From a virus, in IMG/VR virus record IMGVR_UViG_3300033233_000009, positions 1-64,000 of that record: DNA of 64,000 nucleotides. One strand, 5' to 3'. The translations under genes and the position numbers were made by a program. Of the stretch, positions 1 to 8,931 are shown piece by piece (positions within the stretch are counted from its first letter, which is position 1; each line of letters opens with the position of its first letter). The notes beneath the pieces were generated by a model. It worked only from the letters and a program-made list of their open reading frames with translations. It was not told the DNA's origin and ran no database searches.

Positions 1-230
1 TTGAACGTGCGCGTGCATTGCCGCCGAAGGATTCCTTTCTTATCCGCCATCGTCGAGAAGACCGGGAGCGACGGCGACAGGTACGAGTTCCCAGTCTTCT
101 TCGAGATCCGAATGCGCCGCGACACGACCGCAGGGTTCTTGCCGAAGAGGACCATCTTCTCGAAGCCGTTGCCCTCCTGGTGTTCGCTCCTTCCAAAGAC
201 TGCCGTGCAACCGTGCTTCATTTTGACCAC
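1..230 (-). CDS. Partial ORF running off the left edge; possibly a PAPS-reductase-like phage protein
   Basis: Manual translation from GTG at 230: MVKMKHGC...RISKKTGNSYLSPSLPVFSTMADKKGILRRQCTRTF, with no stop before position 1. The GxLRRQCT motif is recalled from phage PAPS-reductase-like proteins. Confidence 0.4.
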   Translation of the reverse strand, partial: MVKMKHGCTAVFGRSEHQEGNGFEKMVLFGKNPAVVSRRIRISKKTGNSYLSPSLPVFSTMADKKGILRRQCTRTF

Positions 231-244
231 CTATCCCTCTGCGC

Positions 245-514
245 TCACCTTGTACGGAAGAAGCCAACGGAGTGGACGCCGTTGTTCGGGTCTTCCCAGC
301 AGTAGTCCTGGGTGTGCCCCAGCTCCGTCACGAAGGCGCGAGCGCGATGCGGGCCCGAATGCCCCTCGTCCCCAAGGCACGTTTCGCCGCTGCGCAGCAC
401 GGCCGTACAGCGCGGCGGACGCGGCGGACGCGGCAACGAACTGATGAACGCCAAGAACAGCGTCGCGCCCACGCCACCCGCGAAGGCCACGATGAGCCAT
501 GCCCAGTGGATCAC
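245..514 (-). CDS. Small membrane protein with a Cys/His motif
   Basis: GTG at 514 overlaps the upstream stop (GTGA). N-terminal TM (WAWLIVAFAGGVGATLFLAFI), then C..C..H..H. Confidence 0.6.
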   Translation of the reverse strand: MIHWAWLIVAFAGGVGATLFLAFISSLPRPPRPPRCTAVLRSGETCLGDEGHSGPHRARAFVTELGHTQDYCWEDPNNGVHSVGFFRTR

Positions 515-717
515 GGGCTCACCTCCCGGGCAGCCGGCTCCGCTCCGATCGCGTCGAGCGCGTGGAGCCAATCCTCGCCCGCGATCAGCCCGGCGAGCGT
601 CACCGCGTCGCGCGGGTTGCGCGCGGCCGCGTACCGTCGCGCCAGCGCGACGATGGCCTCCGCCTTCCAGGGCGGCAGCTCGCGGAGCGCCCGGAGCACC
701 GTGTCGGTGGCCGTCAC
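511..717 (-). CDS. Hypothetical protein
   Basis: Part of a chain of overlapping start/stop codons; MTATDTVLRALRELPPWK... Confidence 0.55.
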   Translation of the reverse strand: MTATDTVLRALRELPPWKAEAIVALARRYAAARNPRDAVTLAGLIAGEDWLHALDAIGAEPAAREVSP

Positions 718-893
718 AGGCGCCTCCCGCACGACGGGCAGTAGTTCTGCCCGTTCTGCCCGTCGCTGGCCATCTTGGCGACCCGGGCACGCTCCGCGGT
801 CACCCCAGCCTCGGCGATGCCCAGGATGGCGATGCGCCCGCAGACCACTGCCAGGGCGCCCGCCAGCACTACCAGTACAGCGCCGCCGATCAT
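714..893 (-). CDS. Small membrane protein with C-terminal CPSCG
   Basis: ATGA overlap with the upstream gene; hydrophobic N-terminus MIGGAVLVVLAGALAVV. Confidence 0.5.
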   Translation of the reverse strand: MIGGAVLVVLAGALAVVCGRIAILGIAEAGVTAERARVAKMASDGQNGQNYCPSCGRRL

Positions 894-1279
894 TTCGTGC
901 TCCTGCCGCGGCGCCCGGCCGCCTTGTCGGTCACGCGCCGCTTCGGTCGCCGCTCCGCCTTCATCGTCCGCTGCACGGCGGCGATCTCCGCGTCCAGGGC
1001 CGCCTGGATCTGCTTCGGCGAGCGCCAGCCTGCGATCCACTCCTCGTCGGCTCGCATGCGCTGCAACGCTTCCAGGGCAGGCTCCAGGGAGGCCCCGCCG
1101 AGGATGTCCGTGCCCTGCGCGAGCAGGCGGATCTGGATGCCGACGCGCGCCATGGCGTAGTGTTTCTCCGCAGCGCTGCTCGTCTTGCTGTCGATGACCT
1201 TGTGGCAAGGCTCCAGCACCTGCACCACGAAGTCCGCCGCGGCGTCGTTCCCGAACGGTCCTTCACCCCATGCGCCCAT
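890..1279 (-). CDS. DUF4259-like protein
   Basis: The N-terminus MGAWGEGPFGNDAAADF matches the characteristic DUF4259 start. Confidence 0.75.
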   Translation of the reverse strand: MGAWGEGPFGNDAAADFVVQVLEPCHKVIDSKTSSAAEKHYAMARVGIQIRLLAQGTDILGGASLEPALEALQRMRADEEWIAGWRSPKQIQAALDAEIAAVQRTMKAERRPKRRVTDKAAGRRGRSTK

Positions 1280-1282
1280 GGC

Positions 1283-1465
1283 TTACACCGGCTCCGTTCT
1301 GTTCCGAGCGACGAGCCGATCGTAACACTCGATGGCCACCGAGAGGGCGCCTAGCTCGTCCTCCAGGTCCCGCAACCGTGCCTGCTCGCGAGGAACCAGC
1401 GCACTCAGCTCCCGCCAGCGCGCCGCGGCTAGCTCTCTCTCGAACCACTCGTACGGCCGACCCAT
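1283..1465 (-). CDS. Small coiled-coil hypothetical protein
   Basis: ATG at 1465 after an AGGAAAG RBS-like stretch; MGRPYEWFERELAAARWREL. Confidence 0.5.
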   Translation of the reverse strand: MGRPYEWFERELAAARWRELSALVPREQARLRDLEDELGALSVAIECYDRLVARNRTEPV

Positions 1466-1467
1466 GA

Positions 1468-1689
1468 CTACTTTCCTTTCGTGGCCCTCTGCGCGAGCCG
1501 TACCGCGATCTGCGTCGCGGCATCTTCCTTTGCCAGATCCCGATCGATCTCCTCGGGGGTGAACCCGTCCATGGCCAGGCCCTTCGCGTACGCCTCGCAC
1601 ACCTCGACGGCTTCGATGAAGGCGGCCCTCCGGCCCCGCTCAAAAGCCTCCGCCACCAGCCGCTCCGTGGCTTCCGTGAGCAGGCTCAT
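1468..1689 (-). CDS. Hypothetical protein
   Basis: ATGA overlap and GGAGG RBS; MSLLTEATERLVAEAFERG. Confidence 0.55.
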   Translation of the reverse strand: MSLLTEATERLVAEAFERGRRAAFIEAVEVCEAYAKGLAMDGFTPEEIDRDLAKEDAATQIAVRLAQRATKGK

Positions 1690-2096
1690 GGACGCCCCTC
1701 CCCGGGCGGGCGCGTCCCTGCGCCCGCGATCACCTGCCACAGCGCGACCTCGGCCGCCGTCGCGCGGCGCTCGTCGTTATCCGCGATCAGCCGCTCCCCG
1801 ATCACCACGAAGCTCAGCCCGTACCGGCGCGCCAGCGCGAACGCCTGGCACCGCAAGCCGAGGGCCTGCACCTCCTCGACCGTGGCGGCCTTGATCGTCT
1901 CCGCGTGCTTCGGGCAGAGGAACATCCGGGTATCGCCGAGGTTGACCCAGCCATGCCCAAGCGCAGCGCGCGACAGGAAGCTCGTCCTGGGGGCAGCGTT
2001 CGCTGCGGTTTCGTCGTCCTCGAACTCGAACACGCCCAGCGCGCCGCAGTGGGCACACGTGAGCCGCTGTCGGACCTTCATCAGGATCTTCGCCAT
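1686..2096 (-). CDS. Zn-finger hypothetical protein
   Basis: CAHC and CPKH motifs; translationally coupled to its neighbours. Confidence 0.6.
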   Translation of the reverse strand: MAKILMKVRQRLTCAHCGALGVFEFEDDETAANAAPRTSFLSRAALGHGWVNLGDTRMFLCPKHAETIKAATVEEVQALGLRCQAFALARRYGLSFVVIGERLIADNDERRATAAEVALWQVIAGAGTRPPGEGRP

Positions 2097-2296
2097 CAGG
2101 CAGGCTCCCCGCCTAGCCATCCAGCCAGGCGCCGCACATCCTCCACCGAGAGCACGATGCACCGGTCCGGGCTCCCGATGGTAGCCCAGACCGAAAGCGT
2201 GCCGTCGGGGTTCTTGCGCGCAACGAACTCGTGCTGCTCCCCAGGCGTGATGTTGACGGAGGTCGCGACGAAGCGTGGCTCGGTCACGACCATCAC
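2096..2296 (-). CDS. Hypothetical protein
   Basis: GTGA overlap with the upstream stop; MVVTEPRFVATSVNITPG. Confidence 0.5.
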   Translation of the reverse strand: MMVVTEPRFVATSVNITPGEQHEFVARKNPDGTLSVWATIGSPDRCIVLSVEDVRRLAGWLGGEPA

Positions 2297-2598
2297 CGTC
2301 CGAGCCACAGGCTCACGAGCCCTACCGTGAGCCCGACGACCGCGCCCCACAGGTAGTTCACGCCTTTCCGAAGCAGGCGCAGCTCCCGGTCGGTCTGCTC
2401 CAGCGCCCGGATGATCGCGTCCTCGCGCGCCTGCTGCTCGATCGCCGTCGTCTGGTAGCTGCCGAGCCCCGCGTCGCGCGCGATGGCCTCCGCGTCCTCG
2501 CCCCAGGCGGCCGGCTCCGTCGGATTCGGCGTCGGAACGCCGCCGCTCGGCGGCGCGAAGTAGCTCTCGTTCTTGGGGTCGCTTGCCATTTCGTTCAC
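2293..2598 (-). CDS. Small protein with coiled coil and C-terminal TM
   Basis: ORF track 101 aa, ending YLWGAVVGLTVGLVSLWLGR. Confidence 0.6.
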   Translation of the reverse strand: MNEMASDPKNESYFAPPSGGVPTPNPTEPAAWGEDAEAIARDAGLGSYQTTAIEQQAREDAIIRALEQTDRELRLLRKGVNYLWGAVVGLTVGLVSLWLGR

Positions 2599-2602
2599 CG
2601 TC

Positions 2603-2965
2603 CTATTCTGAAACCTGGGGATTCGCCACCGCGCCCCGCTTCGCTCTGCCCTCCGCGCGTACGGAGAGCCACATAGCCTGCTTCGGCTCGATGTTCGCCA
2701 GCGCGTCGCGCCCCACGAGCACGGGCAGCGGCAGCGCGAAGGTGCGACCGTCCACCTCGTCCTGGAGCACGAGCGTCTCGTCGAGCAGGAGCACTTCCTT
2801 CACGCGGCACCGGAGCCCGATCACCTCGTGCGTCACCGGCGGTGGCCGCTTCCGCCGCGCCCGGACGACCGGAGCGTGCGCCGCCTGCGGGCGCGCCCCG
2901 GCCTTGCGCCGCGTGGTCGCCCGCCCACGCGGCTTGCGTCGCTTCGCCTTCGCCAGGGCGCTCAC
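2603..2965 (-). CDS. Hypothetical protein with basic N-terminus
   Basis: ORF track 120 aa, in the coupled leftward operon. Confidence 0.55.
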   Translation of the reverse strand: MSALAKAKRRKPRGRATTRRKAGARPQAAHAPVVRARRKRPPPVTHEVIGLRCRVKEVLLLDETLVLQDEVDGRTFALPLPVLVGRDALANIEPKQAMWLSVRAEGRAKRGAVANPQVSE

Positions 2966-3414
2966 GCTGGCCCCGGCCCAGCAAGCGCGGTCACCGCAAC
3001 CTCCGCGCTCAGCTCCGCGAGCCGCTGCTTGCTCGCTTCCACGATGGCGTCACGGACCTTGCTCACGTCGTAGCTGCTCTTGCTGTTCAGCGCCCCCATC
3101 ATGTGCGCGTACAGCGCCTGCACCAGCGCCGCTTCCTGCTCGGGCGTGAGAACGAGCCGCCCATCGGCGACGACGCGGCCCAGCACGTGCCGCACGAGGT
3201 CCCCGACGTTCAGTTGCTGGATGTTCTGGCCGGCCCAGGTCACGATGCGGTCGGCGAGCACTCGCTTGGCGTCGTCGCTCGCCTTGTCCCACGCCTCGCG
3301 CAGCAGGTTCAGGATCCCCGTCGCCGCCAGGTGGTAGTGCAGTTGCGACAGCGCCGCCGTCGGATCGACGTGCGCCGGGTTCTGCGTCTTCGCAAACGCG
3401 TACTCCGTTTCCAT
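2962..3414 (-). CDS. Helical hypothetical protein
   Basis: ATG at 3414 (METEYAFAKTQNP) overlaps the upstream stop. Confidence 0.6.
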   Translation of the reverse strand: METEYAFAKTQNPAHVDPTAALSQLHYHLAATGILNLLREAWDKASDDAKRVLADRIVTWAGQNIQQLNVGDLVRHVLGRVVADGRLVLTPEQEAALVQALYAHMMGALNSKSSYDVSKVRDAIVEASKQRLAELSAEVAVTALAGPGPA

Positions 3415-3602
3415 CACTCGTCTCCGCTCGCGAGCCCCAGCAGGTGGTGCAGCCGCTCGACCTTCTGCACGAGGCGTGTGCTCAGCTCCGGGCCGAGCGC
3501 GATGGCGATCTGCACGAACGCGCGCTCCATCTCCGTGAGCGCCGGGCGCAGCACTCGCCTGGCGATCTTCTTTCGACCACGTCGCTTCACTTGGCTGGCC
3601 AT
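3414..3602 (-). CDS. Small basic hypothetical protein
   Basis: ORF track 62 aa with a GGAG RBS. Confidence 0.55.
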   Translation of the reverse strand: MASQVKRRGRKKIARRVLRPALTEMERAFVQIAIALGPELSTRLVQKVERLHHLLGLASGDE

Positions 3603-3720
3603 CGTGTCGTCTCCCGTTCGGTGAGTGGGGTTTTCGTGCGGCCGAGGCTCGCACCCTGACGCGGCACCCGAGGGGGGACCAGTGCAGCACAGGGTGCGAG
3701 GCTCCGCCGCGCGATTCGGT

Positions 3721-3978
3721 TCAGCGCAGGTGGACTCCCCCGAGCCCCGCGTCGGGCTCCGCTTGCACCATCACGACCGGCGGCCGGCGCTTGCCACGCA
3801 TCTGCGGACCGCGCAGGCGCAGCGCCTCCGCCTGCAACACGGCCGCGGCCTTCCCTCGGCCCGCGTTCGCCTCGCTCGTCGCGCGCTCGTCCAGGCGATC
3901 GGCCTGTCTGCACCGCGCGCAGCTCGCGCCGAACCCTCGGTGGCCGCACTTCGGAAATCTCGCTCGGGTCGCTGGCAT
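3721..3978 (-). CDS. Small Zn-finger protein
   Basis: CGH and CARC motifs; coupled to the upstream stop. Confidence 0.5.
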   Translation of the reverse strand: MPATRARFPKCGHRGFGASCARCRQADRLDERATSEANAGRGKAAAVLQAEALRLRGPQMRGKRRPPVVMVQAEPDAGLGGVHLR

Positions 3979-4331
3979 CAGTCGGTCTCTCCTCCGAACT
4001 CAGCGTCCGGGTCAGCATCGTCGTCCGCATCCGGGTCGCTGTCCATCGCGACCTTGACCCACTCGGTCGTGTGGGCGTCTTCCTCCAGGATTTCCACCGC
4101 GCGCTCCACGTCCGCATCGAACGCTGCGGGGAACTGCGCCAGGAGCACGTCCGCCGCGTCGTAGGGCGCGCTCGCGTCGAGGTACAGGTAGCCGCCCTCC
4201 GCACTCTCGTACGGCGTGTTCTCGGCCGGCGACTCGTAGTGCGCCCGGAACCAGCCGACCATCACCCGCACGGGCTCCTCCTCGGCACTCAGGTCGTGCC
4301 CGTCGAGGTCGGGGTCGGAGGCGTTGCTCAT
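3978..4331 (-). CDS. Acidic protein resembling a HEPN/RES-associated N-terminal domain
   Basis: MVGWFRAHYESPAENTPYESAEGGYLY..PYDAADVL motif and a D/E-rich tail. A TTGACG-16-TAGCGT promoter lies upstream on the minus strand. Confidence 0.55.
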   Translation of the reverse strand: MSNASDPDLDGHDLSAEEEPVRVMVGWFRAHYESPAENTPYESAEGGYLYLDASAPYDAADVLLAQFPAAFDADVERAVEILEEDAHTTEWVKVAMDSDPDADDDADPDAEFGGETD

Positions 4332-4487
4332 CGGTGGCTGCGACGCTACCATCGCTGCCGGAGGCGTCAAGCGGCTTTTCATTGGCGCAGGGCCCGCAGC
4401 CGAATTGCCGCGCCGTCGCGCGCGGTGTGACATATCCGGTCCGCGCTGTCCTTGCTTCGGTGCGCGAGCGGGAGCATACCGACGACC

Positions 4488-5480
4488 ATGCGCAACGCTG
4501 CATACGAGACGCTCGTGTCCGCCGACGCCAGCCGCGAAGCCTGGCTGCAAGCTCGTGCCGGGCTGATCACCGCCTCCGACGTGCCGGTCATCCTCGGCAT
4601 CGTGCCGGGCAAGCCCGCGCTCTGGTACGAGAAGGTCGGGATGCTGGAGCGGAAGCCGCCCGCCGAGCCGGAGGTGCTTCAGATGGGACACGACTCCGAG
4701 CCGTTCAACGCCGAGCAGTACGTCGCCAAGACCGGCCGCAAGGTGAAGCGCTGCCAGGAGCTGCTGCGCAGCAAGCGGTACCCGTGGCTCGGCGCCACGC
4801 TCGACTACTGGACCTGGATCCCGGGTGACAAGCAGCCCGGTCCCCTGGAGCTGAAGGTGACTGGCAACAAGGATCTCTGGCCCGAGGACGGCGCGCCCGC
4901 CATGAAGTTCCAGGCGCAGCTCCAGACGCAGATGCTCGTGACGGGCAGCACGTGGGGCTCCCTCTCCGCCCTCATCGGCAGCCCCTACCTGCACCATCGC
5001 TGGCTCGACTTCGAGCGCGACGACCCGGGGCTGTGCGATCTGATCCTGACCGAGACGCACGCCTTCGCCGAGTCGGTGCAGTCCGGCGTGAACCCGCCGG
5101 TGGACGGCGACGAGAGCACGAGCGACGCGCTTCGCAACCTCGTCGTCGAGGTGCTCGCCGGCACGACGGTCGTGCTCCCCGCCGACGCGGTCGAGTGGGA
5201 TCGGGAGCTGCAAGCCGCGAAGGAAGCGATCAAGACCTGGCAGGAGCGCCAGCGGTTCTACGAGAACTTGCTGATGACCGCGATCGGCGACCACGAGACG
5301 GGGGAGCTTCCGGGCGAGGCGGGGCGCTTCACGTTCAAGCGGCAGACGCGCAAGGCGTACTCCGTCGCCGAGACGAGCTTCCGCAAGCTCCACCGCGTCG
5401 CACCGAAGAAGCCGCGTGCGCCCACGGGCCCGAGTGGCCCGACGTTCGCCGACGCTACCGAAGATCCCCCGTCACCATGA
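4488..5480 (+). CDS. YqaJ-like viral recombinase / lambda-type exonuclease
   Basis: REAWLQARAGLITASDVPVILG, GHDSEP, YPWLGATLD, LELK and Q.Q.QM.VTG motifs; adjacent to recT. Confidence 0.9.
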   Translation: MRNAAYETLVSADASREAWLQARAGLITASDVPVILGIVPGKPALWYEKVGMLERKPPAEPEVLQMGHDSEPFNAEQYVAKTGRKVKRCQELLRSKRYPWLGATLDYWTWIPGDKQPGPLELKVTGNKDLWPEDGAPAMKFQAQLQTQMLVTGSTWGSLSALIGSPYLHHRWLDFERDDPGLCDLILTETHAFAESVQSGVNPPVDGDESTSDALRNLVVEVLAGTTVVLPADAVEWDRELQAAKEAIKTWQERQRFYENLLMTAIGDHETGELPGEAGRFTFKRQTRKAYSVAETSFRKLHRVAPKKPRAPTGPSGPTFADATEDPPSP

Positions 5481-5505
5481 CCCCGAAAGAAAAGGAACCG
5501 TCCCC

Positions 5506-6723
5506 ATGACCACCACTCCGAATCCCGCCGCCGCCCCGAAGGGCCTCACCACGAGCAACCGATCCGTTCAGGCGCGCGATCCCAGCACCGAGTTTCGCGA
5601 CTTGCTGACCAGGATGCGGCCGCAGATCGTCGCTGCGCTCCCCAAGCACCTCGACCCGGACCGCCTGCTCCGCATCGTGCTCACGACGGTGCGGCGCACG
5701 CCCGCGCTGCTCCAGTGCTCGCGGGAGAGCGTGCTCGCCGGCATCATGCAGGCCGCGCAGCTCGGTCTGGAGCCCGACTCGAATCTCGGGCTCGCGTACC
5801 TTCTGCCCTACGGAAACCAGTGCCAGCTCGTCGTCGGCTGGAAGGGGCTCATTGAGCTGGCACGGCGCTCGGGCCTCGTCGCGAACATCACCGCGCACTG
5901 CGTCCACTACGGGGACTTCTTCGAGTACGAGCTGGGCCTCGACACGAAGCTCCGGCACATTCCGGCCGACGTGCTGGACATGCCGCAGTACGCACGCGAG
6001 CAGGCCATCGCCGACGGGATGCGCGCGGAGCAGGTCGTGGGTGTGCTCGCCGACGGCAAGCGCAAGAGCGATCTGGTCGCCGCGTACGCCGTGGTGACCA
6101 TGAAGGACGGCTCGCGCAACTTCCGCGTCGTCACGGCGAAGTTCGTGCAGAAGATCCGCGCCATGAGCAAGGGCGGAAACCATCCGTCGAGCCCGTGGGT
6201 CGCGTGGGAGGAGCAGATGTGGGAGAAGACGGCCGTCAAGCAGGTGCTCCGGTTCGTGCCCCTGTCCCCCGAGGACAAGACGGTCATCGAGCACATGGCG
6301 ACCGACACGGGGCGCACCCTGTCGGGGATCGCCGACGTGCGGACGCGGGAGGCGCTCGCCGAGGAGCCGCTGCCCGCGGACGTCAACGCGGACGGGGAGG
6401 TCACGCCGAGCCCCGCTCCGGGCGACGGAGCGCCGGCCGCGCAGGCGCAGCCCGAGACGCCGCCGCCCGCCGCACGGCGCCCTGGCCGACCGCGCAAGGG
6501 GCCGCCGGAGACGGCCGCACCGGAGGATGCGATCTCAGCGCCACCGCCCCAGGCGCAGGCGCAGGCGCAGGCGCAGGTCCCCCGCCCGCCGTCGCAGCCG
6601 GTCGCGCCGCCGCCTGGTCCGCTGCCGCCGACGACGGCGGCGGACCCCCGACAGGCGGGCCTGTTCGGCGATGCGGAGACGGATGACCCGGGGCCGGGGC
6701 CCGACGAGCTGGACAACGTGTAG
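5506..6723 (+). CDS. recT: RecT-family single-strand annealing protein with a Pro/Ala-rich tail
   Basis: ALPKHLDPDRLLRIVLT, QAAQLGLEP, AYLLPY, GWKGLIELARRSG, SPW...EQMWEKT. Confidence 0.93.
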   Translation: MTTTPNPAAAPKGLTTSNRSVQARDPSTEFRDLLTRMRPQIVAALPKHLDPDRLLRIVLTTVRRTPALLQCSRESVLAGIMQAAQLGLEPDSNLGLAYLLPYGNQCQLVVGWKGLIELARRSGLVANITAHCVHYGDFFEYELGLDTKLRHIPADVLDMPQYAREQAIADGMRAEQVVGVLADGKRKSDLVAAYAVVTMKDGSRNFRVVTAKFVQKIRAMSKGGNHPSSPWVAWEEQMWEKTAVKQVLRFVPLSPEDKTVIEHMATDTGRTLSGIADVRTREALAEEPLPADVNADGEVTPSPAPGDGAPAAQAQPETPPPAARRPGRPRKGPPETAAPEDAISAPPPQAQAQAQAQVPRPPSQPVAPPPGPLPPTTAADPRQAGLFGDAETDDPGPGPDELDNV

Positions 6724-6794
6724 GCCCTGCGGCATGGTTCCGGTCGGCTGATCGTGCCCCGCCCAACACGCGGGACGGCGACCGCTGACGATCC

Positions 6795-6992
6795 ATGAAG
6801 CACCCTCGCACGCTCCGCGAACCGATCCTGCGCGCGTTCCTCTACTACCGCGCGAAGGGTCGGTGCGAGTGTTGCGGGGAGCCACTGGTGCGCTTCCACG
6901 CCGATCACGTGGTCCCGTGGCGCACCGCCAAACGCACCAACGTGTACGAAATGCAGGCGCTCTGCGCGGCCTGCAACCTGAAGAAAGGATGA
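6795..6992 (+). CDS. Small HNH endonuclease
   Basis: CECC...HADHVVPW...N...QALCAACNLKKG. Confidence 0.85.
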   Translation: MKHPRTLREPILRAFLYYRAKGRCECCGEPLVRFHADHVVPWRTAKRTNVYEMQALCAACNLKKG

Positions 6993-6996
6993 ACCG

Positions 6997-8931
6997 ATGG
7001 CCGCCGACTCAGAGAGACTTCGTCCAGGCTCCAAACAGGTCTACCTCACCTTGCAGAGAAGGCTTCTGGCTGGTGACCAGATACACGCCTTCGTGCTGCC
7101 ATGCCGCTACGGCAAGAGTGACCTCCAGCGCTTCTGCGCCATCGCCCTGCACGAGCAGGGCCTCATCGCGACGACGCTCTCCCTGACGCCGTCGAAGTTC
7201 CTGGCGCAGCAGCTTGTCAATCAGGATCACATCGCCGCGGCGCAGCGCCGCTACTCGCTCGGGGCCTTCCGGTTCGCCAACCTCGTGAAGATGCCGGAGT
7301 ACCTGAACCCGAACGGGGAAGTCTTCATGGCGATGACGAATCAGCTTGCGCTTGCGCAGGCAGCCGTCCTCGTGCAGTGGCTAGAAGCGGTACGGCACCA
7401 GACCGGTAAGCCAGTGCTCGTGTTCGTGGACGAGTGCCACACGGTGTCGGAGGAGAAGGCATGGGGTGGACTGATCCAGGCCATACGCGACGCTGGCGCC
7501 ATCATCGTCCTGCTCACCGCGACCGCCCACCGCGCGGACGGACGCAAGATTCCCGGTTTCTCCTACGACGAGGTCGGTCGCTCTGTGACCCAGGAGCGGC
7601 AATGGAAGCCGCACCCCACGGAGCTGGACAAGGCCATCATCGAGCTACGTGAGGTCGAGCGACTACAAGTCGTCCTCCGGGCTGACCACGAGGTCCCGTT
7701 CTCGCAGGCGTGGCATGAGCGCGTCCTGTGCGGCGTGACGCACAGCCGCTTCGACTGCGCGCTGGAGATTATTCGCGGGAAGACACTCGTGAAGCGGCTG
7801 GTGGACCTGACCCCAGAGGAGGCTCGTGAGCACCTCGGGCGGATCGTTCGGCAGCCGGAGACGGTAGAGGCGGGGGTCATCCGAATGTTGCAAGTGCTGG
7901 CTTGGTACAAAAGCATGAACCCGCAGTGCGCCGCGATGGTCTACTGCGGCAACGACTCGGACAGCGACAGCGACATCAACAGGCACGCCAAGGCAATCGA
8001 GAGCGCGATCCGTCAGTTAGCTCCGTTCGCTTGCCGCACACAGATCGTCACCAGCGCGGATGGCACCGACGGTCCCGATCGGCTGCGTGACTTCTGCAAC
8101 GGGGCCAATGACGTGCTCATCGTCAAACAGATGGCGGGGGTGGGGCTCGACGCGCCACGGGTGAAGGTGGTGCTCGACCTGTCTCCCGTTCGGACGTATG
8201 CCTCTTGCGTCCAGCGCTGGCTCCGCGCGTGCACGCCGTTCGAGACCCCTGGCGCCACACCGATCCGGGCTGCGGTGCTGATTACGCCCGAGGACACTCT
8301 CGCGTGCAAGTTCTTCGATGTGCTGACCCGCGGGATGGTCGGCGCGGACACCGTTCGCATCGCGGGCGACACGATCGAGATTACCGTGGTCCCGCGCAAC
8401 GACGAGCCGGTCACGGTGACGCACGTGACCGCCAGTGACTTCAGTGACGGCGCGTTCCACGACCATGCGCTGCGGTCGGAGGAAGCCACCGAGCTTGGCA
8501 TGGTGAAGCAGATCGGGGACGAGTTTCCTGAGATTCTACGGGAGCGTACATGGCCACAGGTCGTGCAAAGCGTACGGCGACTTTCGGCCATCATCACCGG
8601 AACGGCAACCGCTCAGGAGTCCGCCCTGATAGCCCCAGCCGAGGACACGTCCAAGATGGTTTCGGAGAGGAAGCGCCTCATCAACAGCTACATGCGGAGG
8701 GTGCGTCGTCTGCACTTCGGGCGCTACAACCCCGACACTGTGGAGAAGGAAATGCAGCAGGTCTGGCGGCACCTCTACCGGCGGGCTCGTGTGCCTGGGA
8801 AGTTCGAGGAGCTGAACGACCTGACCATGCTGGACAAGCTCATCGAGACAGCCAGGGGGTTCTTGGTGGCTGACACGCACCCGGGTCTGGTGCTCGACGA
8901 CGAAGGCGCGATCGTCACGGACACCCGATGA
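6997..8931 (+). CDS. Superfamily 2 helicase-like protein (ResIII/DEAD-like)
   Basis: Motif I LPCRYGKS, motif II VFVDECH, motif III LTATAHR, motif V GLDAP, degenerate motif VI QRWLR. Confidence 0.8.
   Translation: MAADSERLRPGSKQVYLTLQRRLLAGDQIHAFVLPCRYGKSDLQRFCAIALHEQGLIATTLSLTPSKFLAQQLVNQDHIAAAQRRYSLGAFRFANLVKMPEYLNPNGEVFMAMTNQLALAQAAVLVQWLEAVRHQTGKPVLVFVDECHTVSEEKAWGGLIQAIRDAGAIIVLLTATAHRADGRKIPGFSYDEVGRSVTQERQWKPHPTELDKAIIELREVERLQVVLRADHEVPFSQAWHERVLCGVTHSRFDCALEIIRGKTLVKRLVDLTPEEAREHLGRIVRQPETVEAGVIRMLQVLAWYKSMNPQCAAMVYCGNDSDSDSDINRHAKAIESAIRQLAPFACRTQIVTSADGTDGPDRLRDFCNGANDVLIVKQMAGVGLDAPRVKVVLDLSPVRTYASCVQRWLRACTPFETPGATPIRAAVLITPEDTLACKFFDVLTRGMVGADTVRIAGDTIEITVVPRNDEPVTVTHVTASDFSDGAFHDHALRSEEATELGMVKQIGDEFPEILRERTWPQVVQSVRRLSAIITGTATAQESALIAPAEDTSKMVSERKRLINSYMRRVRRLHFGRYNPDTVEKEMQQVWRHLYRRARVPGKFEELNDLTMLDKLIETARGFLVADTHPGLVLDDEGAIVTDTR

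Noticed and set aside
6549-6577. (CAGGCG)n microsatellite in recT as a phase-variation switch
   Set aside because: The 6-bp unit preserves frame and lies in a disordered QA linker.
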